Shown piece by piece: positions 18,283-28,115 of a stretch of DNA of 64,000 bases (its first letter is position 1; each line of letters starts with the position of its first letter). Both the position numbers and the translations under genes were made by a program. The notes under the pieces are model-generated. The model was not told the DNA's origin and ran no database searches. It was given only the letters and a program-made list of their open reading frames with translations. The DNA is from a bacterium (GTDB taxonomy: Bacteria; UBA8248): the NCBI GenBank assembly GCA_030922375.1, contig JAVEPB010000049.1, forward strand, positions 5,074 to 69,073. Direction: 5' to 3'.

Positions 18283-19621
18283 ACTCGCCGAAATCGGCGT
18301 TTTCCGCTCCGGGAATTTTCAGCGACCGGAAGGCCCCCTCGAGCCCGCCGACCGGGGCGGTGGCGTCAAGGCCCATCTTCGCGGTGACACCATCCTCGGC
18401 GGAGGGGTCCAGACGGCTGCCCCAGGCGCCGGGGACAACGAACATATCCCGGTCGGCCTGAAAGCGCGTAGCGAGGGCCCAATCCACCTCGGCGGGGTCG
18501 TGGATGTCGATGTCGCGGTCCACGCAGATGGCGTGCTTAACGTCGTAATGCGAAGCGAGGGCGGCCATGAGGGCGCTCTTGCCCTCGCCCTCGTTCTGCT
18601 TGTCGAGCTGAATCACACAGTGATATCGCCCCGCGCCCGATAGCGGGAGCGTCGCGCCCGTCACCGAGGGAACGGCCTTCCGGAGATCGTGCAAAAGTGC
18701 CGCCTCGCGCGGCACCGCGCCCATCAGAAGATGGTCGAAACCCGCCGCCACGATGGAGTAGAACACCGGGTCTTTCCGCATGGCGATGGATTTCACGCGG
18801 AACACCTCGCGTTCGGCCGCCGGGCTGTAGTAGCGGGGAAACTCGCCGAAGGGCCCCTCTCGTCTCAACTCGCCCGGGGGAATCTCCCCCTCGATCACGA
18901 TCTCCGCTCCGGCCGGGACCGGTATCCCCGACCAGGGCGCGGGAGCCACCTCCACCGCCCTGCCCCGGAGCCCGCCCGCCGCCGAGAGCTCATCTTCTCC
19001 CGGCGCGAGGACCAGCTGGCTCGCCATCAGCAGGAGCGGATCGAGCCCCACGCATACGGCCACCTTTAAAGCCTCGCCCCGCTCCCCGGCCCGGCGGAGC
19101 ATCCCCTTCAGATGGCGGGGAAGCACGAGCAACCCGAACAGGTCCGGCCCCAGCGCCTGCATCCTGTGAATCGAGACGTTCCCCTCCCCGGTGTCGGGAT
19201 CTTTGGCAAAGAAGACCCCGGCCGAGATATACGGGCCGCCGTCGAGTTCGTGGTAGGTCGGAAGGGGAAGGCGTTTTAGGACGTCGATGTTTTTTGAAAC
19301 AACTTTTTCGAGAAAAGGCGCGTCCGGAACCGCCTCCGGCGCGATTCTCACTTCCTGGCGCAGCCGCACCTCTTGGGAAAGCCGCTCCGGCGCCACACCG
19401 ATCGCCTCGGCGTACCACTCCCGCCGGCAGGCGATATTCGCCGCCACCGGCATCGGCGCCCCGTCGGTGGCCTCGAACAGCACCGCCGACTCCCCGTCAA
19501 GCTTCTGCGAAAGCGCCGCCAGCTCATGCCTCAGCCGGACGGAGCGCTTCACCCGCCTGAGTCTGCCCCCGGCCTCCAGATGTTCGATCCAGTCCCGAAA
19601 ATCGTTTATCAAAGGGTTCAT
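18281..19621 (-). CDS. UbiD-family decarboxylase (second, divergent paralog)
   Basis: 446 aa. DFRDWIEHLEAGGRLRRVKRSV and FGEFPRYYS, with the UbiD domain order. Confidence 0.85.
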   Translation of the reverse strand: MNPLINDFRDWIEHLEAGGRLRRVKRSVRLRHELAALSQKLDGESAVLFEATDGAPMPVAANIACRREWYAEAIGVAPERLSQEVRLRQEVRIAPEAVPDAPFLEKVVSKNIDVLKRLPLPTYHELDGGPYISAGVFFAKDPDTGEGNVSIHRMQALGPDLFGLLVLPRHLKGMLRRAGERGEALKVAVCVGLDPLLLMASQLVLAPGEDELSAAGGLRGRAVEVAPAPWSGIPVPAGAEIVIEGEIPPGELRREGPFGEFPRYYSPAAEREVFRVKSIAMRKDPVFYSIVAAGFDHLLMGAVPREAALLHDLRKAVPSVTGATLPLSGAGRYHCVIQLDKQNEGEGKSALMAALASHYDVKHAICVDRDIDIHDPAEVDWALATRFQADRDMFVVPGAWGSRLDPSAEDGVTAKMGLDATAPVGGLEGAFRSLKIPGAENADFGE

Positions 19622-20049
19622 CCTCCCATCTTACCCCCAAATCCATCCTTATACCCGCCGGCGGCCGGTCAAAAACCGGACAGAAGGCAGCCGCGAGAAT
19701 TCCGGGGGGCTGTCCCTCTTGTACACGATGATTTTCAGACTGCGGGGCGCGGGAGGGGTCAGCTGTCCCTGGCCGGATAACCGGGCCGAAAATCCTTCAA
19801 GCTTTCCGGTGCTCTTCCTGCGGACCATGTAGATGACGAATTGCGGACTGTGTATCGGTAGGCGCCGCTACGAATCCATTTTCAGATAAATTCCTCTTTT
19901 TTCTCCCTCGTTTTTATTCATTGACGGAGATCGAAAGCCCTCTATAATAAAAAACCCTTGAATTTAATGAATGCATTGTTGTTTATGGGGATGGTCCCCC
20001 AAGACCCTCTTGTTGGCGTGGATCGCCACCTTCCGGGAGGTTACGGACA

Positions 20050-20850
20050 ATGCTTCACCCGGTTTATCACTTCTACAAGGGCCGGTTTACCCAGTCCGAT
20101 ATTCATGTCGTGACCGAGGTTCCCTTCCGTATCATGGTGAACGGAACGGAGTTGGCCACCATGATGTGCACGCCGGTGAAGCTCCGGGAACTGACGCTTG
20201 GTTTTCTGGCGTTCGAGCGTTTCATCGATTCGATGGACGATGTGGCGAGCCTCGAGGTCGACGAGGAGGAATCGGACGCCTACGTGCAACTGAAAAAGCC
20301 GCTGGAGAAAATCGAGCGGCGTATTTTCACCTCGGGTTGCGGCGGCGGCGTCACTTTTCACCTCGATTACCACGACTACCCGCCCGTGCGGACGGAGCGC
20401 ACCCTCGATCCGGAGAAAATTCCCTCCCTGATCGGAGAACTCCATTCCGCCGCGGTGCTTTATCACCAGTCACGGGGGATACACACGGCTGCGCTCTCGG
20501 ACGGGGAGAATCTCATCGCCGTGGCCGAGGATGTCGGCCGCCACAACGCGCTCGATAAACTCAGGGGAGAGACCCTCGAGCGGAGAATCGATACGCGCGA
20601 TCATATTCTCATCAGCACGGGCCGCATCTCCTCGGAAATGCTTCGCAAGGCGGCGCGGCTGAACGCCCCTTTCGTCGTTTCGCGCACTTCGCCGACGAGT
20701 CTTTCGATTCATGTGGCCAAGCGGCTGGGGATCACTTTGATCGGATATGTCCGCCGCGACAGGTACAATGTCTACTCTCACCCGGAAAACATCGCCTTCT
20801 CGCCGGAGGCCATAGCCGCACGCGCCAGAAACGGCGCCGTTGCCCCCTGA
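20050..20850 (+). CDS. fdhD: Formate dehydrogenase accessory sulfurtransferase FdhD
   Basis: VPFRIMVNGTELATMMCTPVKLRELTLGFL, SGCGGG, GIHTAAL, EDVGRHNALDKLRG and SRTSPTSLSI. Confidence 0.9.
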   Translation: MLHPVYHFYKGRFTQSDIHVVTEVPFRIMVNGTELATMMCTPVKLRELTLGFLAFERFIDSMDDVASLEVDEEESDAYVQLKKPLEKIERRIFTSGCGGGVTFHLDYHDYPPVRTERTLDPEKIPSLIGELHSAAVLYHQSRGIHTAALSDGENLIAVAEDVGRHNALDKLRGETLERRIDTRDHILISTGRISSEMLRKAARLNAPFVVSRTSPTSLSIHVAKRLGITLIGYVRRDRYNVYSHPENIAFSPEAIAARARNGAVAP

Positions 20851-20881
20851 TAGCAGGGCTGGGTTCGGGGAGCGGAGCGAA

Positions 20882-21430
20882 ATGCATTCTCCCGAAAATT
20901 CGGACAAAGACCGGAGAGGCGGGGAGCCTCCCGCTTCTCCGCCGGCTTCCTCGCCGCCGCCCGCGGCGGTGCGACGCCGGCGGCGCAAGAAAAAAGGCCG
21001 CAAGCAGGGAGGCATGTTCATCGATATCGTTGATCAGGCCTTCGTCCATCAGATGATGATATCGGTCTGGCGCGAGTCCGAGGCGGTGCTCGATGCCTCC
21101 TCTTCTTTAGAGGATGGGCTCCGGCGTCTTCGAGAGGTGGGCGATTTCGGGGACCGGGGCCGGTTCGCACCCATCTGGCAAAAAAACTGGGAGGAAGCGC
21201 TCGGGGAGATTAGAGAGGCTGACTCACCTCCCGAACGCCTCGAGGCGGTGCGGGGGGCGGTTGTGAAATCCATCGATGAGGAGAATGAGGCTCGCTTCGA
21301 GGCGGGGCTGCCTCCCGTGATCGACGGGCAAGAAGGCCAGGACTTTATCGACTACACCCTGGATCGGATTATCGAGGACGCCAGCGGCGAAATCGAGGAC
21401 GATCTGGAGGACGAGCCAGACGAAATATAA
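20882..21430 (+). CDS. Hypothetical protein (basic, Pro-rich N-terminus; acidic C-terminus)
   Basis: ORF 20840..21430. The start is uncertain (ATG 20882 or ATG 21014). No motif recognised. It is kept only because of its position between fdhD and the polyferredoxin gene on the same strand. Confidence 0.4.
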   Translation: MHSPENSDKDRRGGEPPASPPASSPPPAAVRRRRRKKKGRKQGGMFIDIVDQAFVHQMMISVWRESEAVLDASSSLEDGLRRLREVGDFGDRGRFAPIWQKNWEEALGEIREADSPPERLEAVRGAVVKSIDEENEARFEAGLPPVIDGQEGQDFIDYTLDRIIEDASGEIEDDLEDEPDEI

Positions 21431-21558
21431 GGGGCCGTGCAGTCATCCTGGAAGCAGGTCCAATTGATTCTCGCAGGGAGGCGGCGCCGTCTCCCGTTTT
21501 ATTTGAGGTTTTCCAAGGGAGTTCGGTTATTACCGGGCTTCGTTAAGGAGTGAGCATC

Positions 21559-23742
21559 ATGCCCAAGGACCGATGGGCGGTGCATCTTTGCTCTTGCAAC
21601 GGCGTCCTTCCTGTCGAGGCGAAGGAGATCGGACGGCTGGCCGGGCTCGACGCCCCTCCCTCGGTCCACGCGAACCTCGGGCGGGAAGGCGCCGGCGCCT
21701 ACTGGAAGGAGGCCCAAATGGGGGCCGACTTCCATCTTGTTTGTTGTTGCGGCGCAGGGGAGGACCTCAATCCCGCTCTCGAGGAGGCCGGCGTCGAGGA
21801 GGAGCAGATTGTTCACCTCGACGTGAAGGGCGGCGCTTTTTGGCGCGGTGAAGACCCCGAGTCGGGGAACCTGACCGCCGCCCGTTTGATCCGATCCGCC
21901 ATCGCGCGAACCGAGGCCCGCCGCGGCGGGCCCAGCCTCTCGATCTCCGTTCCTTCCTCGGTGCTTATCTACACCGATCGGCCCGAGGGCCTTCGGCTGG
22001 CCGAACGCCTGGCCGACCAGATGGATGTGCGGGTCATTATCGACGAGGACGCCGAAAATTTCGACGAACTCTCGCCCGCCCGGCGGCCCTATTCGTTGAC
22101 GCGGGGACGGGTGACTCAAATCAAGGGTCATCTCGGTGCGTTTCGAGCCCGCCTGCGGGCGCGCCAGGCCATCGACCTGGACGCCTGTACTCGCTGCGGC
22201 CGGTGCGCTCCGGTCTGCCACACGGGGGCCATCACCCAGGGCCTTCGCCTGATTGCCGCCAAGTGCGACGAGTGCGGGGATTGCCTGAAGGAGTGCGCCG
22301 ACGTCGGAGCCATCAAGATTCCCCGGAACGAGGCGCGCGAAGTCTCCGCCGGGCAGGTGGTGGCGATTCTCGAGGGGGCGCCCGCGCCCGATTCCGGTCT
22401 CCACTCGGGCTATCACCTCATCGCCGGCGAGGAATCGCCCGATGTGGACGCCATCGCATTTCGGGTCGCGGCCCTCGAGGGCGAGTTCATCCGCCCCTCC
22501 TATATTTCCTACGACGAGAGCATCTGCGCCGGAGGGACGGCAGATGTGGAGGGCTGTGAGGCCTGCCTCCCCGAATGCCCTTACGACGCGCTTTCCCGCG
22601 CGGGCGCCCGCATCCGGGTGGACGAGGAGGCATGCGAGGGCTGCGGAGGCTGCGTATCCGTGTGTCCGACATCGGCTCTTTCCCTCCGCACTCCGTCGGC
22701 CGGGGAAATCCACGCACAGCTACGCGCCGCGCTCGCTGTCCTGCCGGGCGAAAAGGCGCTGGGCCGGGAGTTGGCCGTTGTTTTTCATTGCGGGGAAAAA
22801 GGGGCCGAGGCCCTGCGCGTGGCCGGGGAGAATCGCTGGCCCCTGGGCGGGGGGATGATCCCCATCGAGGTGCCCTGCCTGCGCTACGTCTCCGAGGCCT
22901 TGATCCTCCAGAGCTACCGCCTGGGCGCGGCGGGGGTCGCGCTCCTTGGCTGCGCCGATTGCCCGAGCGGCGAGCGGCCACTGATGTCCGATCGGCTTGC
23001 GCTCTGCGGGGCGGCGCTCGATGCCTTCGGCTTTGGGGCGGGGCGCCTCGCGCAAATTTCAGTCGAGGCTTCGGAGGAGGCTTACTATCTCGCCTCGGCG
23101 GTGGGCGAGTTGGGCGCCTTTCTCGAGAGGCTTGAGCCCGCCCCCTTGCCGGGTCTGGTGGGCTCCGCTCCCGGAGCGGGAAATAGCGCCGGAAAACCGG
23201 AGGGGGGCCGCGATCTGCTCATCGATGCGGTGCGGGCTTTCGTTGGGGCCACGGGTTTGGACCCCGGCGAGATTGTCGGGGAGACGGCGCTTCCCTTCGC
23301 GCGGGTCCGTGTCCAAAAGGCGGGGTGCACCCTTTGCGGAGGATGTGTGTTCGTCTGCCCCACCGGCGCCCTTCACGCGTCGGATCCGGGTTCGGCGATG
23401 ACCGAGGCCAAGACCCTCGAGTTCAATCACCTCAAATGCATTGCCTGCGGAATGTGCGATGAGGCTTGCCCGGAGAAGGTGGTGACAATCGAGCGGGGAG
23501 TGTCGATGGGACGCGCCGCTCTCGCTCACGTGGAGCTTGTCCGCGATGAGATGGTCGCCTGCATCAGCTGCGGACGCGAGTACATCAACAAGCAGGCGCT
23601 TGAAACCATCATCGGCAAGATGCTCGGCCTGGATAAGGTGGGCGATACCTTCGAGGGCGAGCGCAAGGATCTTCTCCGGATGTGCCCGGATTGCCGGGGC
23701 GCTCATGCGGTTCGCGAGGTGGAAAGAGGATGGCAGCCATGA
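21559..23742 (+). CDS. Large cytoplasmic polyferredoxin with an MvhD/FlpD-like Cys domain
   Basis: Six ferredoxin-type motifs: CTRCGRCAPVC, CDECGDCLKEC, CEACLPECP, CEGCGGCVSVCP, CTLCGGCVFVCP and CIACGMCDEACP. It also has VVFHCGEKG...IEVPCLRYVS...GVALLGCADCPSG. No signal peptide. AAGGAG lies 8 nt before ATG 21559. Confidence 0.75.
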   Translation: MPKDRWAVHLCSCNGVLPVEAKEIGRLAGLDAPPSVHANLGREGAGAYWKEAQMGADFHLVCCCGAGEDLNPALEEAGVEEEQIVHLDVKGGAFWRGEDPESGNLTAARLIRSAIARTEARRGGPSLSISVPSSVLIYTDRPEGLRLAERLADQMDVRVIIDEDAENFDELSPARRPYSLTRGRVTQIKGHLGAFRARLRARQAIDLDACTRCGRCAPVCHTGAITQGLRLIAAKCDECGDCLKECADVGAIKIPRNEAREVSAGQVVAILEGAPAPDSGLHSGYHLIAGEESPDVDAIAFRVAALEGEFIRPSYISYDESICAGGTADVEGCEACLPECPYDALSRAGARIRVDEEACEGCGGCVSVCPTSALSLRTPSAGEIHAQLRAALAVLPGEKALGRELAVVFHCGEKGAEALRVAGENRWPLGGGMIPIEVPCLRYVSEALILQSYRLGAAGVALLGCADCPSGERPLMSDRLALCGAALDAFGFGAGRLAQISVEASEEAYYLASAVGELGAFLERLEPAPLPGLVGSAPGAGNSAGKPEGGRDLLIDAVRAFVGATGLDPGEIVGETALPFARVRVQKAGCTLCGGCVFVCPTGALHASDPGSAMTEAKTLEFNHLKCIACGMCDEACPEKVVTIERGVSMGRAALAHVELVRDEMVACISCGREYINKQALETIIGKMLGLDKVGDTFEGERKDLLRMCPDCRGAHAVREVERGWQP

Positions 23743-24494
23743 TCAAGGATCGGGAGGTCCTCGCTCTGAGGATCGAGTATTGCTCCCTGATTTCGACGCT
23801 CTATTTCCAGGAACCGGACGCCGAGCTTTTGGAGCTGCTTGTAAAGGACGCCCGAACCCGCGGGCGGGGGGCGGAGGAGATGAGTTCCCTGCTTGCCGGG
23901 GGCTGGTTCCAGTTGGCGGATATTTGCGCCGAAGGGGGACCCGAAGCTTGGGCGGAGAGGGCCGGAGCCGAGTACACCACCCTTTTTGTCGGACCGGGAA
24001 TGCCCGCACTGACGCCGTGCGAGTCTCACTTCCGCTCGGGCCGGGCCTACGGTCATCATCTGGTCCATGTACGAAACTTCATGGAGCGGGCCGGCCTCGA
24101 GCCGGTGGAGGGCGCCTCAGAGCCCGAGGATCACATATCGTTTGAATTTCAGATTCTTCGGCACCTTATTGAAAAACAAAAGAGCGATGGCGAGAGAGAG
24201 GATGAGTGGCTCGCCCTTCAGGGAGAGTTCGTCCGGCGGCATATGAGGGCGTGGATTCCCTCTCTTCTCGAGGATGCGCTCAAAGTGGAGGAAGCGTTAT
24301 TTTATGAAGCATTTACGAGAATCGCCTCCGGATATCTTGTTTGGGAGGAGGATATTCTCAAGGATTGGGGTCCCAGGCTCGAGGACGACGAACTGATGCA
24401 TATTCAAACGGATAGTGTATGGAAAGGCCCATTGTATGATGCCGAACCACCAAGCTCGGAGCCGATCGAGGAAGAAACCGGTTCCGGGGATTAA
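23739..24494 (+). CDS. TorD/DmsD/NarJ-family redox-enzyme maturation chaperone
   Basis: YTTLFVGPGMPALTPCESHF and PEDHISFEFQILRHLIE. The ATG overlaps the upstream stop (ATGA). Confidence 0.75.
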   Translation: MIKDREVLALRIEYCSLISTLYFQEPDAELLELLVKDARTRGRGAEEMSSLLAGGWFQLADICAEGGPEAWAERAGAEYTTLFVGPGMPALTPCESHFRSGRAYGHHLVHVRNFMERAGLEPVEGASEPEDHISFEFQILRHLIEKQKSDGEREDEWLALQGEFVRRHMRAWIPSLLEDALKVEEALFYEAFTRIASGYLVWEEDILKDWGPRLEDDELMHIQTDSVWKGPLYDAEPPSSEPIEEETGSGD

Positions 24495-24783
24495 TAATAA
24501 AATTGATGAATTATGAATAAAAATAGTGACAATCTCGTTATGTTTAAATAGAATTCTACTGTCTATCAATACTTTTCAAGAATTGAATTTTGCCGTTCGC
24601 GCAAGTCTTTAATAACAGTTTTGCCCTGCGTCCGGGATGAATTCGGAGTTCAACCCCGGGCGGCGGGGAGAGTCTGTTGTCTAATTAAGCATTTGCTAAA
24701 AACGCACTTGCTCTAACCGTTTGAATTTTTGATTTCTCGTCTCTCACTTTTGACTCGCTTCCTTAACAGGAGGAGGACCACCC

Positions 24784-25026
24784 ATGGTCGAAGCCGTTGT
24801 AAAAACGATTGACCTCGAAAAGGGCAGTCTGGTCGTCCAGACCGAGGACGGCAAAGAGATTTCCCTGCACGTCCACGAGGACACCGATATTTCGGTGATG
24901 GAGCTCGAAACCGCGGGAGAGGAGGACGCAACCCTGGCCGAAATAGAGGCCGGCTTTATTGTCGAGGTGGAATACACAGAAGGCGAAAACGGCTGCCATT
25001 GCCATGCCGTGACCAGCATCAGCTAG
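24784..25026 (+). CDS. Small acidic protein ending in a CHCH motif, function unknown
   Basis: 80 aa. There is a strong SD (AGGAGGAGG) 7 nt before the ATG. Two beta-rich half-repeats. The C-terminus is ENGCHCHAVTSIS. Confidence 0.5.
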   Translation: MVEAVVKTIDLEKGSLVVQTEDGKEISLHVHEDTDISVMELETAGEEDATLAEIEAGFIVEVEYTEGENGCHCHAVTSIS

Positions 25027-25043
25027 CGAAAAGGAGGATTGCC

Positions 25044-25235
25044 GTGACGGAGGAAAAAAAGACCACGAGACGGGGATTTTTCGCCGGCCTGCTTGCGGGT
25101 GCGGGGGCTCTCGCCGTCCTGGGTGGCGCCAAGAAAGCCTCGGCCATGAACGAGGCGGGGACCAAGAAAATATCAGAGCCGATACTTTTTCAAAGAAACG
25201 AAGAGTCGGCCCGCTACTATAAAACCCTTTACTAA
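25044..25235 (+). CDS. Small twin-arginine-signal protein of the type found beside formate dehydrogenase genes
   Basis: GTG 25044 preceded by AGGAGG. It reads TRRGFFAGLLAGAGALAVLGGA with C-terminus ESARYYKTLY. Length 63 aa. Confidence 0.55.
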   Translation: MTEEKKTTRRGFFAGLLAGAGALAVLGGAKKASAMNEAGTKKISEPILFQRNEESARYYKTLY

Positions 25236-25253
25236 CCCTCGGGAGAAGATGCG

Positions 25254-28112
25254 ATGAGCATGAAACTAAAGCGGAAGAAAGATTCCGGGGCGGTTTCCAC
25301 CCGGGGCCGGTCTCTCGACCCGGTTTTGGAGCGCCGCAGCTTTCTGAAGAAGGCGGGGATCGGGCTCGGAGCGGGGGCGGTGGCCACGGCGCTGCCCAAG
25401 ACGCTTGTGCGCGAGGCCGGCGCCGCCCAGGGAAAGCCGAAGCCTCTCAAGCTCGAGCAGCATAAGACCATCTGCGGGAACTGCGCCGTGGGCTGCGGTC
25501 TGATCGGCGAGGTTCAGAACGGCGTCTGGGTCAGCCAGGAGCCATGGTTTGAGCATCCCATCAACCGCGGAAGCCTTTGCGGGAAGGGCGCGGCCGCCCG
25601 CGAGCATGTCATCAGCGAGAAGCGTTCGAAATATCCGATGAAACTCGAAGGCGGCAAGTGGAAGCGCCTGAGCTGGGATCAGGCCATGACCGAGATCACC
25701 GGCAAACTCAAGGCGATCCGCGCGAAGAACGGCCCCGACGCCGTGATGATGCTCGGCTCGGCCCACGCGAACAACGAACACTGTTATGCCCTCCGGAAAT
25801 TCGCGGCACTATGGGGGAGCAATAATATCGATCATCAAGCCCGTATATGACACTCCACAACTGTGGCCGGTCTGGCCAACGTTTGGGGTTACGGTGCGAT
25901 GACGAACAACATGAACGACATCCGCAACAGCAAGAGTGTGATTATCGTCGGACAAAATCCCGCCGAGAATCACCCGATTTCGATGCAGCATATTCTCACC
26001 GCAAAGGAGCGGAACAAGGCGCCTCTGATCGTCGTGGACCCGCGGTTCACCAAGACCGCCGCCCACGCGACCCAGTACGTGCGGATCCGCCAGGGTGCCG
26101 ATGTGGCCTTCATCTACGGGCTCATCAACGTCATCCTCAAGAACGGGTGGGAAGACAAGCAGATGATCGAGGATCGGACCTACGGGTTCGCGGAATTCAA
26201 GTCCGAGATCGACAAGTGGGATTTGGCGACGGCTTCGGATGTTTCGGGCGTATCGGTCCGGGAGATTGAGCGCGTAGCCAAATCGCTGGCCGACAACCGG
26301 CCCGGATGCGTCATCTGGGCCATGGGCGGCACGCAGCACACCCACGGGACCAACGTGACGCGCTCGTTCTGCGCGCTCCAGCTCGTTCTGGGCAACATGG
26401 GCAAGCCCGGCGGCGGGGCCAACGTGTTCCGCGGCCACGATAACGTCCAGGGCGCGACCGATCTGGGCAATCTCTCGAATACGCTTCCCGGCTACTACGG
26501 CCTCTCGCAGGGCGCTTTCAAGCACTGGTCCAAGGTCTGGGGGCTGGACTTCGAGTGGCTCAAGGGCCGCTTCAGAAGCAAGAAAATGATGGGTTCGAAG
26601 GGCTTTACAGTCGCCCGCTGGCACGAGGGCGTCCTGATGGACGCCAAGAAAGAACTCAGCAACGGCGGAGAGAATGTCCACGCCGCGCTTTTCTGGGGCC
26701 ATGCCACGAACTGCCAGTCCCAGATGCACCGGGTCAAGAAGGCGCTCGAGAAAATCGAGCTCATCGTTGAAATCGACCCCTATGTCACGAGCACCTCCAT
26801 CGTTCCCGACAGGAAGGATGGGGTTTATCTCCTTCCCGCGGCCACCCAGTACGAGCAGATGGCGAGCGTTACGAACTCCAACCGCGACATCATGTGGCGC
26901 AACCGGATCGTTTCGCCGGTGTGGGAGAGCCGGACGGACTTGGCCATACTGCTTGACCTGGCCCAGCGGCTTGGTTTGAAAGACAAGCTGGCCACATACG
27001 TCAAGGGACCCTGGAAGGGCGTTCCGAAGGATATGAAGAACGTCAAGGAACTTTCCGAGGAAACCATCGCGTCGGTCGTCGATGAGTGGAACACGGGAAT
27101 GCGCACGATTGGCATGGTGGGGCAGACGCATGCGCGGATGAAGCGCCAGATGGATTTTGCCCACGTCTTCAACATTGACACCAAGCGCGCCGAGGGCTCT
27201 GCCGTTAACGGCGAATACTGGGGAATGCCCTGGCCTTGCTGGTCGGATAAACACCCCGGGACCCCCATCCTTTACCGCGACGATGTGCCGGTGATGGATG
27301 GCGGCATGGGCTTCCGCGCCCGGTGGGGAACCAAGGCCCCCGACGGCAGGACCCTGCTGGCCGGAAACGGCGCCGCGCCGCCGAAGGGCTCGATCAACGC
27401 CGGCTATGCCCAGCGGAAGGCCTGGAAGACGGACATCACGGGCAAGGTCTTCGATGAGGCCCTCGCCCAGGGGCTTGCCCCTTACGGCAACGGCCGTGCC
27501 CGTTTCAACGCATGGAACGTCAAGCCGGACGGGGTTCCGATTCACCGCGAGCCGCTGCACAGCCCGCGGCCGGATCTGATCGCGAAGTACCCGACGTATG
27601 ACGATGTGAAGAATCACTACCGTGTGCCCACCCTCTGGAAGAGCCTCCAGAAGACGGACTGGGTGAAGGATTTCCCGATCATGCTGAACACCGGGCGGGT
27701 CGTGGAGTTCGAGGGCGGCGGCGCCGCGGGCCGCGCCTCGTGGTGGCTCGTCGAGCTTCAGCCCGAAATGTACGCGGAGATTCATCCCAAGCTGGCCAAT
27801 GACTATGGCATCAAGAACGGCGAGTACATGTGGGTGGAAAGTCCGCCCGACTGGGGCGGAAGCTACGGCGGCCGTATCAAAGTAAGGGCCAAGGTAACCC
27901 GCCGGGTTGGTCCTGACTCGATTTTCCTCCCCTATCACTGGGGCGGAAGCTGGGAAGGGAAGTCTCTTCTGTCGAAGTATCCGAAAGGAACCGAGCCTTA
28001 CTCGGTCGGCGATTCGGCCAACGTGGTGACGAACTACGGATATGACCGGATTACGCAGATGCAGGAGACGAAGGCCGGCCTCTGCAGAATTCGCAAAGCG
28101 ACGGAGGTGTAG
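25254..28112 (+). CDS. fdhA: Selenocysteine-containing formate dehydrogenase catalytic subunit (Tat-exported, molybdo/tungstopterin), Sec at TGA 25848..25850
   Basis: ORFs 25254..25850 and 25863..28112 are in the same frame. Read-through gives ...[29 protein letters not shown], the classic FDH Sec context. Other evidence is the Tat motif ERRSFLKKAG, the FeS motif CGNCAVGCG, and RGHDNVQG. Confidence 0.9.
25863..25877 (+). promoter_or_regulatory. SECIS hairpin core of fdhA
   Basis: UGGCC-GGUCU-GGCCA starts 12 nt after the UGA. The GGUCU apical loop resembles the E. coli fdhF SECIS loop. Confidence 0.65.
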
Positions 28113-28115
28113 ACG

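Noticed and set aside
25809-27938. 709-aa minus-strand ORF
   Set aside because: It is antisense to the fdhA body, which has unmistakable FDH motifs. The composition is skewed to Arg/Gly/Pro/Val.
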